64,000 bases of DNA from Chiloscyllium plagiosum (taxonomy: Eukaryota): positions 15,080,373-15,144,372 of the forward strand of contig NC_057716.1 of NCBI RefSeq assembly GCF_004010195.1, written 5' to 3'. The number at the start of each line of letters is the position of its first letter. The stretch's first letter is position 1. A program made the position numbers and the translations under genes. Of this stretch, positions 13,251 to 25,404 are shown piece by piece. The notes under the pieces were generated by a model. The model saw only the letters and a list, made by a program, of their open reading frames with translations. It was not told where the DNA came from and made no database searches.

Positions 13251-14292
13251 CCATCATCCATTAACAGTCTTGCATTGCACAAGCTTTATAATAATCTTTT
13301 TCTAGGTTGGTCCGCTAACCTGGCCTTTGAGGAAATGAGTTCAAATGCATTCAGTAACTCATCCTGAAACCTGTTTGTGTCAATTTGACTTGTATAATCT
13401 AGATGGAGTTTAAAGATCTCCATTACAGTATCATTTCTTTTTATTATAAGCTTTTCTTATTTTCTGATCAAGATACTGTCCAACTATATAGCCACTGCTA
13501 GGGACCTTTAAACAATCCAATGAGTGTTTTCTGACTCATATTTCTTGTCTCCACCCATACTGGTTCCTTTCCTGATCTGCTCAGCCAACGCTCTTGCTCT
13601 CTCACATCTTCGTGGTTTTATTATTAGCCTGCTCCTCCTTACTAGTTTTATTTATCTTTGTGAAATGCTAAATCCCCTGGAATTAACACTTAATTAGCTC
13701 CCAACATTTTTCACCATGCTCCATGACTCTGAAGTAGGTATTAGATCGATAATAGTGTTTCTACCAACAGTGAAGTGTAAAGTGAAAGTGAGTTTTTGAA
13801 TTTCACAACCATTGTTGCACTGTGAACATCTTGAATCAGCTCCAGAACAAAGAGCAGGGAGAGTCGATTCTGGATGTTTCTAACATATTATTCTCTTCTT
13901 CCTTCCCAATAAATGCTTCTGGAAGTTAAGACAGTGGGATCAATTATGCAAAGCATTTCCTGCTAAAATTTAAAGCATGCATCCAACTAGATAAGATCCT
14001 GCAATATTCACTGTATGTATCTTCCTAAAAGGATCTGCAGGCACAGATTTAAGGACAAAGCAACCTGGTAGTTTGGAAGTCCGCAGAATGAAATAAACAG
14101 TCTTCCTATAAACCCACACATCCACCCTCACTCATCCAATTCTAGCTGTGAATCTCCAATCCTCCACCAGCCCCACCAGTCAACTGAGGAAGTTGGTCAC
14201 AGTGTGTGACAAGTTGGTTTAATCGCTGCGCCTGTCTGAACTCCAATCTAATCAGTGAAATGATAAACACCAGGAAATGTCTGCTTTATATT

Positions 14293-14298
14293 TTTAAT
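14293..14298 (-). terminator. Candidate polyadenylation signal ATTAAA of A
   Basis: About 215 nt after the stop; at the homologous position in B. Confidence 0.45.
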
Positions 14299-14511
14299 GT
14301 GATCCACAGAATACAAGATAACAACATATACTAAAGGACAGAACATTTACAAATTATCTCCCAGTTACAGTAAAATTTACAGATAGGAACCCCAGGTCCC
14401 TTCACTCCTATTAATGAACAAATAAAGTACAATTGATAACATTTTCTGTAATATGAATGAGGTCTTCTTGTGTTCAAATCAAGCTCAGCTTTTCAGAAGT
14501 TGCTTTCCTGG

Positions 14512-14538
14512 TTAGGATCTTGAATCATCATTTTGTTC
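14512..14538 (-). CDS. A terminal coding exon EQNDDSRS*
   Basis: ttccag|GAA; homologous to the terminal exons of B and C; followed by a homologous 3'UTR. Confidence 0.75.
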   Translation of the reverse strand, partial: EQNDDSRS

Positions 14539-17500
14539 CTGGAATGAACACAATCATGGTCATGGTCATTTTCAGATGAATTGAGTTCAGTATGAGTTTA
14601 GTGTGTTATGATCATGATCGAGAGACAATTCTCTGACACAAAGGTCTGGTTTATACTTACGTTTGATGACACATCAAGCAATGTTTCTGTTGACTTGCTG
14701 TTCCACTGTTAAAAACAAATTAAGATTCGTCTGCTTATTAAAGGGAATCATATCTTTCTTCTGTTATTGAGCATTGAAATTGTCTTTGGACCAAAGGTTC
14801 CTCTGATTATTAAGCCATTAGTGAGGAAATGTTATTGGTTTAAATTTACAAGGTTGACGCATGCATTATTTAAAAATACAGAGCTGTTCCACGCTTTAGT
14901 ACAATGCAATTGAATCCAAATTTCAACAGCTTATTTGTGTTGATAATATAAACAACATATATTGTCAGACTATACTCACATCTAGAGAATCCTCCATTGA
15001 TGTTTCTGTTGATTTGCCTCTCACCTGGAATATGCAGATTTATGTATTTAGTACTTTCTAAATAATCTTCATTTTTAGATTCAGCTCTAAAACAGCAGTT
15101 TAAATTATATCAAATTGTAAATAAGGTTTTACACCTGTGTTAAAATATTCAGATTACTATGTTTACATAAGGAATTCATGAGTTGTTTTGTAATTAACAT
15201 TGAATATTGGAATTATCTTCATCACGGCTTCATTATAGTGCAGAATTAGGCAATTTGGCCCATTGTGTCTGAATCAGCTGTCTGAGTGAGCGTTGTGACT
15301 TAGTGTCATGTTCCTGTCTTTTCCCATAATACTAAATATATTTCTATTTGTTTCAATTGAACCTGTCTGCATCACATTTCCATGCAGTGTGTTCGAGACC
15401 ACAACTACTCGTTGTGTGAAAACCTTTTTTATCTTATATCGTATTTGCATCTTTTTCAAATTACCTGATATCTCTGTTCTCTCATTCTTGATGCATTTAT
15501 GACCAGGGAACAGTTTCTTTCCATCTAGTTGGTCCTAACCTGTTTTGATTTTGAAACCTTCTATCAAATTTCATTTTATAGTCTTCTCCTTTCCAAGGGA
15601 AACAGACTCAATTTCTACAATCCCATGATTCTATGAACTTCTCCAATCTATTTTCATAACTGAAGTTTCTCCTCCATGAAAACATTATTGGAAAACTCTT
15701 CCACACTCTCTCAAATACATACACATTCACCTTGATGTATGGTAACCAGAACTGTATGTTGACGATCTCACTGTATGGCTTTTAAACCAAAGCTTTCATT
15801 GATTATTAAGCCAAAATGAAGAAATATTAACTCTTGCACCTTCTATTCTCTAGTCATCCATTTAATTTACTAAAAGCTCTGAGCTGACTTTATTGCGATG
15901 CAGTTAATTCCAAGTACACTTTTTTTGGATAAATCATTAAATGACAGAAGATCTCAGATGATACTCACATTTAGAGAATCCTCCAGTGAGGTTTCTGTTG
16001 ACTTGCTGTTCACCTGAATTAAGATATGGTAGAAAACTTAGCATTTTGCAAATAATCTCGATTTTTAAAATTATCTCTAAACAGAATAGTTAAATTATAT
16101 CAGATTATAAATCAGAAAGTGACAGCTCTTTTATGTTCAGAGTCTGGATTCAGTGATTCAGTGCTGGAGCAGAGAAATCCTTGCCAAACATTTCCTGTGC
16201 GCCCCAGACCCTTCTGCCCCAACGACAAACAACACACAGACAAACACAAAGTGGGACTATGGGGTCGATGGACAGACAAATGGGAGCTGACATTCTCCAT
16301 TGATGACTATGTATTTTGTCAACACTGCTAGATAATTTATATTCAATTGGATGTGGAGAATGACAGCAATGTTGTCCTCATGAAACCATCATTTTCATCC
16401 CTCCAGTTATTGGAAACTTCTCAATGTTAGAAATCAACACCATCCACTTAACATCAATCCAACAACTGAAGTTGATAACTATCGGATGTTGTGAGAGTTA
16501 GCTCATTTGTTAGGTGGTGAGAGTTTGATGCGGAGCAATGCCAACAGGATAAGCTCAATCCTTGCGCCAATTAAGATAATTTTTGGAACCATGCCCCTCA
16601 TGCTGCCCTATGGCACTAACCATCGTACACAACCCTCAGTTAATGAGCATGGTCCATGAAAAGCTAGCGAGATTAATATAAAATAATAAATACTCACATT
16701 GGGAGCATCCTCAAGGGATGTTTCTGTTGACTTGCCATTTGCCTGGAATAAAATATTCAGATTCATCAGGTTATTGCAGGGAATTAGTTTAATATTTTGT
16801 AACATATTTTGTGTTACTGAATTATAGTTAAGCGAATTAAATTTTAAATTACTACTACAATATCACATAAAATGCAATTATATTTTATTATAATATTATA
16901 ACAGAAATTATTTTAAGCCAATGATTTCAGTGATTAATAAACCATAAATTAGGGTTTATTTATGCTTAAATTTATAGGTCATAGACATGCATTTAACTAA
17001 ACGAAATACAACTACTGTCTCAGACTCTATTCTGATGCAGTTGAATCCAATTTTCGACAGTTTACATTTGTTGATAGTTATCTGACAAAAAAAATTAGAT
17101 TATAATTACATCAGGAGATTCCTCCAGTGATGATTCAGTTAACTTGCTTTCCTCCTGGATTAAAATAATCAGATTGGAATGTTTAGCATTTTGAAATGTG
17201 GAGTCAACTCAAAACAAAATCATTCAATGTCTACAGGTTCCAAATGTGGAAGTGACTACACTTTGCGTTTCCAAGTTGACAGTCAATGGCTCAGTGCTTT
17301 ACCCTTGTGAAAGGCAGTTAGCTTAGTTGGCTGGACAGCTGGTAAGTAACACCAACAACGTCGGCTCAATTCCTGCACTGGCTAAGGTTGCTGCAAACGA
17401 CTCTCCTTCTCAAACTCTCCCCTTATCTGAGGTGTGGTGACCCTCAGATTAAAACCACCACCAGTTGTGTCTCTCGCGAACAAAGGAGCAGCCTATGATC

Positions 17501-19217
17501 TGCTAGAGCTATGGGTGGAGTGGAGGAATCCTTATTGAACATCTAAAATATAGTAATAATCAACACAATCTGTGGGACTGATGGATAAATGAATGGAGGC
17601 TCTGAGTCTCCTATTGATTGAGATTCATTGTAAAAAATCTGCAGATCCATCTAGGAATGACAAATAATTAGTGTTTAGCATTGGTAAAATTGTAAGAGAC
17701 ACTGCTCTTCTAATGTCATTGCTTGTGCCTGTCCATCCCTATGGATTTCAGTTAATTTTGTCTTCAGGGAAGAACAAACTTTCTCTGTATTTGCGTTTTT
17801 GCATCAGACTGACTCCCCTGCCTTAGTATCTCAGACTAAAACAATTTGCTGTCTGATATTCCACTCTGACACATTTAGAACCTGGAGTTGAAGCATTTTT
17901 ATGAATATTTCTGATCAATAAGTAAATAATCTGACAGATTTCTAGTTTATACTCACATTAAATGATTCCTCGTTTAACATCTCCCTTGACTTAGTTTTGA
18001 CCTGTGATGAAAAGTGAATATTTCTCTATTTAGCACAGCAAACCAATGAGAAATGTAAGTTATCTGCAGTATTAAAAATCTCAAGAAGTGGATAGGTATA
18101 TTTATGAGATTACCTCATAGCTGTTTTCACTTGACTCTGAAACGTCGCTGTTGCTGTCAACAGTCTTCAAGCCTCGACACTCCACAACAACATCGACGAC
18201 CTCATCAGCAAAATATTCAACACGGCTTTTGCACAAACCTTTCTCCTGTCAAAGCAGAATTGATTAAAATTACACTCAGTAAATCCTATGATGCAACTCC
18301 CCCTCAGTACACTTGCTGGTTTGGGTGTGATAATGTGATTTTCAAACTTACCGCGGTGTTTCTGGGGCGGAAGTAACAGCTGGCATCATCAAACTCTAGT
18401 CCAGAATTCTTGGAGCAGACAGTTTCTTTCGCAGAGAATGTTAAATCCACATTGTACGACAGTTTTCCAGTGCGATGAATCTAATGAGGGAATCAGTTTG
18501 TCATTATCTGACTGCATCTAATGTCATTCAACCCTGCCTAAAAACCTGTTTCACGCATTCGTTATGACTCGACCTCACTATACTATTATTCTCTTAGCTG
18601 ACCTCCCACATCTTCCATTCCTAAAATTGAGGTCAATCAGAATTCTGGTGCCAGTACCTAACTGAAATCCAGTTCAATTTATCCCAATGCTCATTGTCTT
18701 ACATTAAGTACTAGCTAAGCAGCACCTTGAGTGTAAAATTACTATCTACTTTCAAATGTCTGCACAGTATCATCTCTCCCAACCTCCAAACTGATTCACC
18801 AGCCTAAGTGTAATATTACATTCTGCTCCTGTTTAATAATCAGTACTAAACTGCACTCAGTAATATTCTTGTAGAGTTTAGAGTGTGAAACAGACTGAGG
18901 CCAGGCCACACTTACATCCTTCACCCTTCTCCTGGTTATCCCACACAGATTGCTGGTCTCGGTGATTTGGTTCAATTTTATAACAGACGCTCTCAAAGCA
19001 TCCTTAGGGCTCGGTATTCCTGTCGATAGAGAAAAGGATAAGTTGTACAAAACATTACAGAACTCTTCAGCGAATTATTTTCCACCTCGGTGATATCTGA
19101 GTGAGTGAACCTCATTGGCAATAACTCGTTGCTTGATGAGGAGCCGCTCTCTCTCTGGGACCTACCTGAGCAGTGGACAATCTGCACTGCAGCAATGGTG
19201 AGGAGGAAGGCTTTCAT
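14512..19217 (-). CDS. spp2: SPP2/spp24-like secreted cystatin-domain phosphoprotein, paralogue A (11 coding exons, 237 aa, long acidic S-x-E repeat tail)
   Basis: Exons 19217-19166, 19019-18916, 18480-18352, 18245-18114, 18001-17957, 17154-17110, 16742-16698, 16013-15969, 15024-14980, 14705-14661, 14538-14512, all GT-AG, phase 1 then all phase 0. Protein: MKAFLLTIAAVQIVHCSG-IPSPKDALRASVIKLNQITETSNLCGITRRRVKD-IHRTGKLSYNVDLTFSAKETVCSKNSGLEFDDASCYFRPRNTA-EKGLCKSRVEYFADEVVDVVVECRGLKTVDSNSDVSESSENSYE-(6x15 aa)-EQNDDSRS*. By recall, it resembles mammalian SPP2 motifs ALSASVAKVN, MDLEFRIQETTC, CRSTVRMSAEQVQNVWVRC and the following Ser/Glu cluster. Confidence 0.82.
14661..14705 (-). CDS. A exon 10, 45-nt repeat exon WNSKSTETLLDVSSN
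   Basis: ttaacag|TGG ... AAC|GTAAGT, phase 0. Confidence 0.78.
14980..15024 (-). CDS. A exon 9, 45-nt repeat exon VRGKSTETSMEDSLD
   Basis: ttccag|GTG ... GAT|GTGAGT, phase 0. Confidence 0.78.
15969..16013 (-). CDS. A exon 8, 45-nt repeat exon VNSKSTETSLEDSLN
   Basis: attcag|GTG ... AAT|GTGAGT, phase 0. Confidence 0.78.
16698..16742 (-). CDS. A exon 7, 45-nt repeat exon ANGKSTETSLEDAPN
   Basis: ttccag|GCA ... AAT|GTGAGT, phase 0. Confidence 0.78.
17110..17154 (-). CDS. A exon 6, 45-nt repeat exon EESKLTESSLEESPD
   Basis: atccag|GAG ... GAT|GTAATT, phase 0. Confidence 0.72.
17315..17515 (+). mobile_element. Second tRNA-derived SINE family (intron 5 of A)
   Basis: GTTAGCTTAGTTGGCTGG...CAATTCC head; related copies at ~3410-3615(-), ~16497-16630(+) and ~39873-40080(+). 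Confidence 0.6.
17957..18001 (-). CDS. A exon 5, 45-nt repeat exon VKTKSREMLNEESFN
   Basis: cacag|GTC ... AAT|GTGAGT, phase 0. Confidence 0.78.
18114..18245 (-). CDS. A exon 4 (C-x17-C loop plus Ser/Glu cluster)
   Basis: Acceptor ttgacag|GAG, donor GAG|GTAATC; 132 nt. Confidence 0.85.
18352..18480 (-). CDS. A exon 3 (first disulfide loop CSKNSGLEFDDASC)
   Basis: Acceptor ctcattag|ATT, donor GCG|GTAAG; 129 nt. Confidence 0.85.
18916..19019 (-). CDS. A exon 2 (cystatin helix)
   Basis: Acceptor tcgacag|GA, donor GAT|GTAAGT; 104 nt as in B and C. Confidence 0.85.
19166..19217 (-). CDS. A exon 1: signal peptide MKAFLLTIAAVQIVHCS(G)
   Basis: ATG, hydrophobic core, donor CAG|GTAGGT, phase 1; present in all three copies. 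Confidence 0.85.
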
Positions 19218-19307
19218 TCTGCCTCTTGTGTGATCAGCTGGCTGCTTTCTCAGAGTAAAGGAGCTGCTTCTCTCTCTTGCTCTGCCCTTTCCTTGCTGCA
19301 TTCAGTT

Positions 19308-19354
19308 TTTATATCCTGCACCCCTACCACATTCAAACACTGACTCATATTTAC
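19308..19354 (-). promoter_or_regulatory. Proximal promoter of A: TATA box, RUNX, AP-1 and Forkhead motifs
   Basis: Minus-strand TATAAA 19313-19308 (~90 nt before ATG); ACCACA 19326-19331; TGACTCA 19341-19347; TATTTAC 19348-19354. Confidence 0.6.
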
Positions 19355-19589
19355 TCAGTTTTGGTGGTTCTGGACAGGGGAAGCTGTTGCCAAGAGGTTC
19401 AAATATGGACAGAGCTTCCTCCCAGTAACGTCATCATGTTTAGATTTAGTGAGATCAGAGGTTCCTCCTCAGAATGTGGAATAATCAAATGACAGAGCAC
19501 AGGAACTGGTCATCTCTAAGTGTACAAAGGCACCTTCAATCCAATGTGAATTGCTCATAGAGCTGAGCTTCCGATTATATATCTGTGCC

Positions 19590-20110
19590 ATTACTAAAAT
19601 TGCCTATTTCCATCTCTGTAACATTGCCCAATTTTACCCACGCATTACCTCATCCGCTCCTAAAACCTGAATTGTGCATTTGTTACCTCTGGACATCATT
19701 ATTCAAACATTCTCTTCACTGACATCTCACTTCTTTTTTCCCAAACCCGAAATCATTCTGAATTTTCCTGCCTAGTACCTAACACATGTCAAGTTCCGTT
19801 CACCCTCTCTTTTACTTCCTTACTTTGGCTTTCAGTTAAGCAACGCATAATTTTCAAATTACTATCCATATTTTCAAATCCTTGCTTGGTTTCAGCTTTC
19901 CCTATCTCTCTGCTCTCTTCAGCCTCCAGATTTCCGCAATTCTTTTCTCTTGGCCTCTTGAGCCTGCCAGGTTTAAATTGCTGCACCATTTAATATAGTG
20001 ATGTTATCTGCCTGGAAAATAAGCTCTAAGATTCCCTCCCTCTGTCTCACTTTCAGCCTTTAAGATTCTATGTCAACTCCATGTCTTTGAACATGCTTTT
20101 GGCCACTTGG
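19590..20110 (+). mobile_element. Old L2-type LINE 3' fragment
   Basis: Degenerate xAFVTSxxxYSNxL-encoding segment; related pieces at ~18530-18790, ~50220-50500 and ~56640-56970. Confidence 0.55.
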
Positions 20111-20261
20111 ATGCCTTTACAGGATAGTTGATCAAGATGGTCTGAAGCAGCCTGCAAGTTTTGTTAAGTTATGGGTACTGCATGAATATAAATTGTTGAA
20201 TTATTCTAATGTCATCAGTTACCAACACTCTGGATTGCCCTGGACTATCCTAGTTTTGGTG

Positions 20262-20935
20262 TGACATGCTGGCAAAATGATTAGCACTGCTGCCTCACAG
20301 TGCCAAGGACCCAGGTTCAATTCCATTCTTGGGCAACTGTCTGTGCGGAATTTGCAGATTCTCCCTGTGTCTGTGCGGGTTTCCCCTGGGTGCTCTAGCT
20401 TCCTCCCACAGTCACGGGTAGGTGGAGTGGCTATGCTAAATTGCCCATAGTCTGCAAGGATGTGTGGATTAGGAGAGTGTGCGGACTGGAGGTCAGAGTT
20501 GAGAGTGTGGTGCTGGAAAAGCACAGCAGGTCAGGTAGTACCTGGAGAGCAGGGAAATTGACATTTTGGGCAAAAGCCCTTCATCAGAAATGATTAGCCA
20601 TGGGAAATGTGAGGTTATGGGGAATGGATGGTTCTTGGTGGGATGCTGTTCGGATTGGGTGTACTGACTCATAGTCATTGAGTGTTACGGCTCAGAAATA
20701 GACCCTTTGGTCCAACTAGTCTATGCTGAACATAATCCCAAACTAAAGTAGAGCTGCCTGATCCTGGCCCATATCTGTCCATGCCTTTCCTATTCATGTA
20801 TCTATCCAAATGTCTTTTAAACATTGTAATAGTACCCATATCCACCACTTCCTCGGTAAGTCCATTTAACAAGCGAACCACCCTACGTGTAAAATAATTT
20901 GCCTCTTATGTCGTTTTTAAATCTCTCTCCTCATG
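20262..20935. mobile_element. Nested cluster: HE1-type SINE (+) containing a Penelope-derived fragment (~20495-20590) and a CR1 3' fragment (-, ~20670-20930)
   Basis: Recognisable SINE head and core; ORF 20675..20881 is CR1 C-terminus-like. Confidence 0.75.
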
Positions 20936-23020
20936 AATCAAATGGCCTCTATCTGCACTGTAAGGATTCTATGATTCATAATCAATAACTGGGAAATTTA
21001 TGTGCATGACCTCAGAAAAGTTAGTAGTTACAGTTCCTCAATAGATTCAATCTGTTAAAACAAAGGGTAGGGTCTTAGTGGCTACCCTAAAGTAGGCACA
21101 TGAAATATTTGCCGTGCCATTGTCCAGATCCCTGGTGACAATTGGAATCAGCTCCAACAGTTTTCCCTCCACTCCAATGCCATTTCCTGTCCCCAACTAC
21201 AATAATTAATGTCCAACATTTCTCCTCTCCCTAAGATCCCCTATAGGTAGAGGTGGGATCACTAATCCCCTGCTTCCTTGGCTTAACTACGGTGCCCACT
21301 GTGCTTGGCAGAACTGCTCCGGAGCAGCCGGCCACTGATTGGCCAGCGGATAATTAAGGCCAGTCAGGTGAAGGTTGAAAGCAGAGGGAGCAAGTGAAAT
21401 TAATTCTTTAATCTGTTCTGTTGGAATCACTTCTTCCTAAATCAGTCAGTGATGCAGCTATTTTTCTATTCCCTCAAGGGATGTGGACATCTTTGGCAAG
21501 GCTAGAAATGTTATTATTGCTGATCTTCACTAAACCCCTAACATAAACCACCCCCATGTTCAATATAATCAAATGGTCAGGTGCTTGAATTGCAGAATGC
21601 TTTTGACCAGTGGTCACAATGTGGGGGTGATTTGCATCCTAATTTTGCGTGACTGTGTTCACAAATGGGAACTTTGATAAAGGTTTGTTCACTTTACGAA
21701 TCTAGGTCATTGGAGCATCTATAGCCTATGCTGCTTCAATGAAGGAGCTATGGAGAAAAATTGCTGGAGTGAGCAGGCTTCTTTGCGATGTGTCCCTAAC
21801 AACAGAAACTATTCAGCTCCATCACGCGTAGGAGCTGCAGAGAGAGATTTGATTTGGCCTGGGGACTATTGACTGTGGTGTAGATATCTGTGGTTAGGCT
21901 TCCTGCCTCCTGAGTTGAGTGTAGGCCTTGGGGTTTGTGTGGGAGGGGGAGGAGGGAGGAACAGTAGCAAATAGAGAAACATTTGGGATAAACTAACATT
22001 AAATTAAGGAAAGATAAATTCCATAGGGAAACAGGTGTCAAAATCTGAACTAAATCATTCATTATATTGGTTAATAATGTGACTGTAAATGATTATTAAA
22101 ATAGGAAAAGTTACCAAATTTGGCAGATTGAAATATTTTTTAATATAGTGACGAATTTGCTAGTGAATGTTAACTGTTGCTAATTTAATTGAAGTTAGTA
22201 CATAATTAGACAAAAATGTACTCAGCACCAACTGCTATTCGTGTTTAATCTTTAATATGAAGAATTCTGAGTTTAGGGTGTAGGTTTGCTCGCTGAGCTG
22301 TAGGTTTGATATCCAGACTTTTCATTACCTAGCTAGGTAACATCATCAGTGGCGACCTCCAAGTGAAGCGAAGCTGTTGTCTCCTGCTTTCTATTTATAT
22401 CTTTCTCCTGGATGGCGTTCCTGGGGTTTGTGATGATGTCATTTCCTGTTCGTTTTCTGAGGGGTTGATAGATGGTATCTTGGTTACTGTTAAACAATAT
22501 TTATGGATAAAATGTACGTGATGGTGAGGCAGCATGCTCTGCATTGTACAGGTTCCTATGCCCGAACACAATATTAGCAAATGAGTGCCAATATCACAGC
22601 TGGTAGCCAGTTAGCCTCAACTTCTGAAAAGTTCTGATCATCAGTAACCAGGGGACAAAGGCTTACATTACCTTCTGGGAATATCATAGTCCTTGCATTG
22701 TATAGAGAGTACCGTCAGAACCAGAACCATAGTTGCAAAATCTATGGCAACCTGCTATTGAAACTCATTACATCTGAGATGGTACTAATGACCTCCCCCA
22801 CCGTAAAACAACCTCCGCCCCGCCCCCCAGGCCCCAGTTATCTATTACTACATACAGAACTATAGATGTTGATCAGTTGCATGAAAGTCATCCCAATAAC
22901 TAAAGTGACTCAAGTGGGAGCCCTGCTTGCATGACTAATACTGCTGGGTTTTGAACAGTTTTAATTATAAGCTATGACTTATTTCTTTAGCTTGCATTCT
23001 GCATTGATTAAGTTAACTGG

Positions 23021-23760
23021 GTGCTCCGGTTTCCTCACTATCCAAAGATGTGTAGGTTAGGTGAATTGGCTATGCTAATTGCTCATAGTGTTCCGGGATG
23101 TATAGGTAGGTGTATTAGTCAGGGGGAAATGTAGAGTAATAGGATAGGGGACGAGGTCTGGGTGGGTTATTATTCCAAGGGTTGGTTGGATTTGTTGGGC
23201 TGAATGGTCTGTTTCCACACTGTAGGGATTGTATGATCCTATGATTAACAACCGAACAGCTCCAGCCTACCCCCAGTTTCAAACTCTCTTGATCTCTTAC
23301 TCCTGGAAAGAATCCTATACTTTGCCTGAAAAGTGAAATAATTTCCCAATACACCGAGATTGTATTGTAGCACCTTCAACTTCAATCCACCTGTATATGA
23401 AATGCCATGAATAGGAATTCTGGCAGAGAGCAAATGTAAAGCTCCACTGAACATTTGGGGCTGCACGGAGATTCGGTGGTTAGTGCTGCTGTCTCACAAT
23501 GGCAGGGACCTGGGTTCAATTCCAGCCTTGGGTGACTGTATGTATGGAGTTTGCTCGTTCTCCCTGTGTCTGCATGGATTTCGATCCACAGTCCAAAGAT
23601 TGCCCCATAGAGTCCAGGGATGTGTAGGCTTAGTATATTAGCCATGGAAAATGCAGAGTTATAGGGAAGGGATGTAGGTCTGGGTGGGATGCTCTACAGA
23701 GGGGCAGTGTGGACTTGATATACTCAATGACCTGCTTCAACATTATAGGGATGCTATGAT
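23021..23760 (+). mobile_element. Two HE1-type SINEs (partial ~23021-23242; ~23464-23760)
   Basis: V-domain core GGTGCTCCGGTTTCCTC...CCAAAGATGTG and tRNA-like head. Confidence 0.75.
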
Positions 23761-24656
23761 TTACTGACTGAACGTTAATGCACATGACTGATGACATTAT
23801 CTTATATTTCTAAGTACATTTGTAATTCCCTGCCTTTTTTTCTCTCTCTTGCTTGCCTGTATGCTTGTGTGTCTGAATTTGTGTTGTGAGCCATTTCCCT
23901 AAGATTGGAATTCAATAATAAAACCTGCTTTGTCTTAACCCTAAAGGACTTGCTGTGAATTAGTTTTAAATTGGACTTCACAAATAGGTTTTGGGGAAAC
24001 ACACAGTCACTTATTTTTAACAGTTAAAAGAAATAAGAAATAAAGTTAGAAGTCACCCCTGTTATGGACAGGAGAACAAAAAAATTAAATTCACTTCTCC
24101 CTCTTTTTCCTGACAATAGATGCATATCATGTTTCTTCATTAATTCTGCTGGTCACACAAACTTGTATCACTGTAGGAGCAGATCCCTCAAATCTAGAAA
24201 AGTATGAGAGGGGTCTTGATGTACAGCAAGCAGAGCCAAAGATACTTGTCCAATTAGGCTTCTTGAAATTATGAAATATAGTCCAATAGTGACATGTTAT
24301 CAGGCTTCTCACTACTTTCCTGCCTGCCCCCTACCCAACTCCCCAACCCCACCTCTCCCACTGAGTGTATCTCCTGTATAAACATCACTGCAGAAGAAAG
24401 AGCCTTATTTTGTTCTCCACAAAGGGTCATTAAGCTGACTTTCCTCTTGGAAAAGCTGAACGAGTTCTTCATAAACTTAATTCAATCTACTTAGCCTGAA
24501 ACTTCATTCGGCAGAGAAAACTGTGGTGAAGATATTGTTGTCCAAATGTCTTTCAGTGAGAGCTCTGGTTCCCAGAAAGATTGACATCAATCTTCACAAA
24601 ATGAATTGGTATGAAGTGCACTTTTAAGTGGGTTGAATGGCTGGTTGTGCTGTAAA

Positions 24657-24955
24657 AACCAGAGGACACAGCTTAAAAATACGGGATAGACCATTTAGGA
24701 CAGAGATGAGGAGAAACTTCTTCACCCAGAGAGTGGTGGCTGTGTGGAATGCTCTGTCCCAGAGGGCAGTGGAGGCCCAGTCTCTGGATTAATTTAAGAA
24801 AGAGTTGGATAGAGCCCTCAAGGATAGTGGAATCAAGGGTTATGGAGATAAAGCAGGAACAGGATACTGATTAAGGATGATCAGCCATGATCATATTGAA
24901 TGGTGGTGCAGGCTCAAAGGGCAGAATGGCCTACCTCTGCACCTATTGTCTATTG
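24657..24955 (+). mobile_element. CR1 LINE 3' end (different subfamily)
   Basis: TRGHSLKIRDRPFRTEMRRNFFTQRVVAVWNAL; CTATTGT tail. Confidence 0.85.
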
Positions 24956-25404
24956 AAAGTTCAACTGAATGCATGCTTATGAACTTAACAGGGGTTTGTC
25001 CTGAATAGTTGGTAAGACATCATTAGTTCCTTGATAACTTAATTATTGTTATTGTGTTGCCTCAAAAGACTCGTGGGTGAAGCAGTGATGCACCCCCTGT
25101 GACAGCTTAAATCTGGATATTGCTATCTTATGGGCAGAGATGTAAACTGTAAAGTCAGTCTGAGCTATCAGACAGGATGATAATGATTGGTTCTGGACTG
25201 AGGAAAAGTAGAGTGTCCAAATTCCTGACATTTAAGTTGACTTTGACCAAAAAGTCTGGCCCAGATCAATATCTTCTCCTGTAGGGTCAACAATATTGAT
25301 TTGATCAAAGAATCCTGCAACTTCCAAGTCTTTTCCTTGTTCAACTTACTTAATTCTTCATTGTTCTGATGGCCATCTGTATGATTTATTTTTAAGAGAT
25401 GATT

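Noticed and set aside
14661-18001. Spaced short repeats superficially like a CRISPR array
   Set aside because: Eukaryotic context, irregular spacing of 0.3-1 kb, and each repeat is bounded by AG/GT splice sites, so they are exons.
18993-19301. ORF reading through exon 1 into intron 1 (GRSQRESGSSSSNELLPMRF...), similar in all copies and containing S-x-E
   Set aside because: A good CAG|GTAGGT donor gives the phase needed for exon 2; retaining the 146-nt intron frameshifts; the similarity is explained by the conversion tract.
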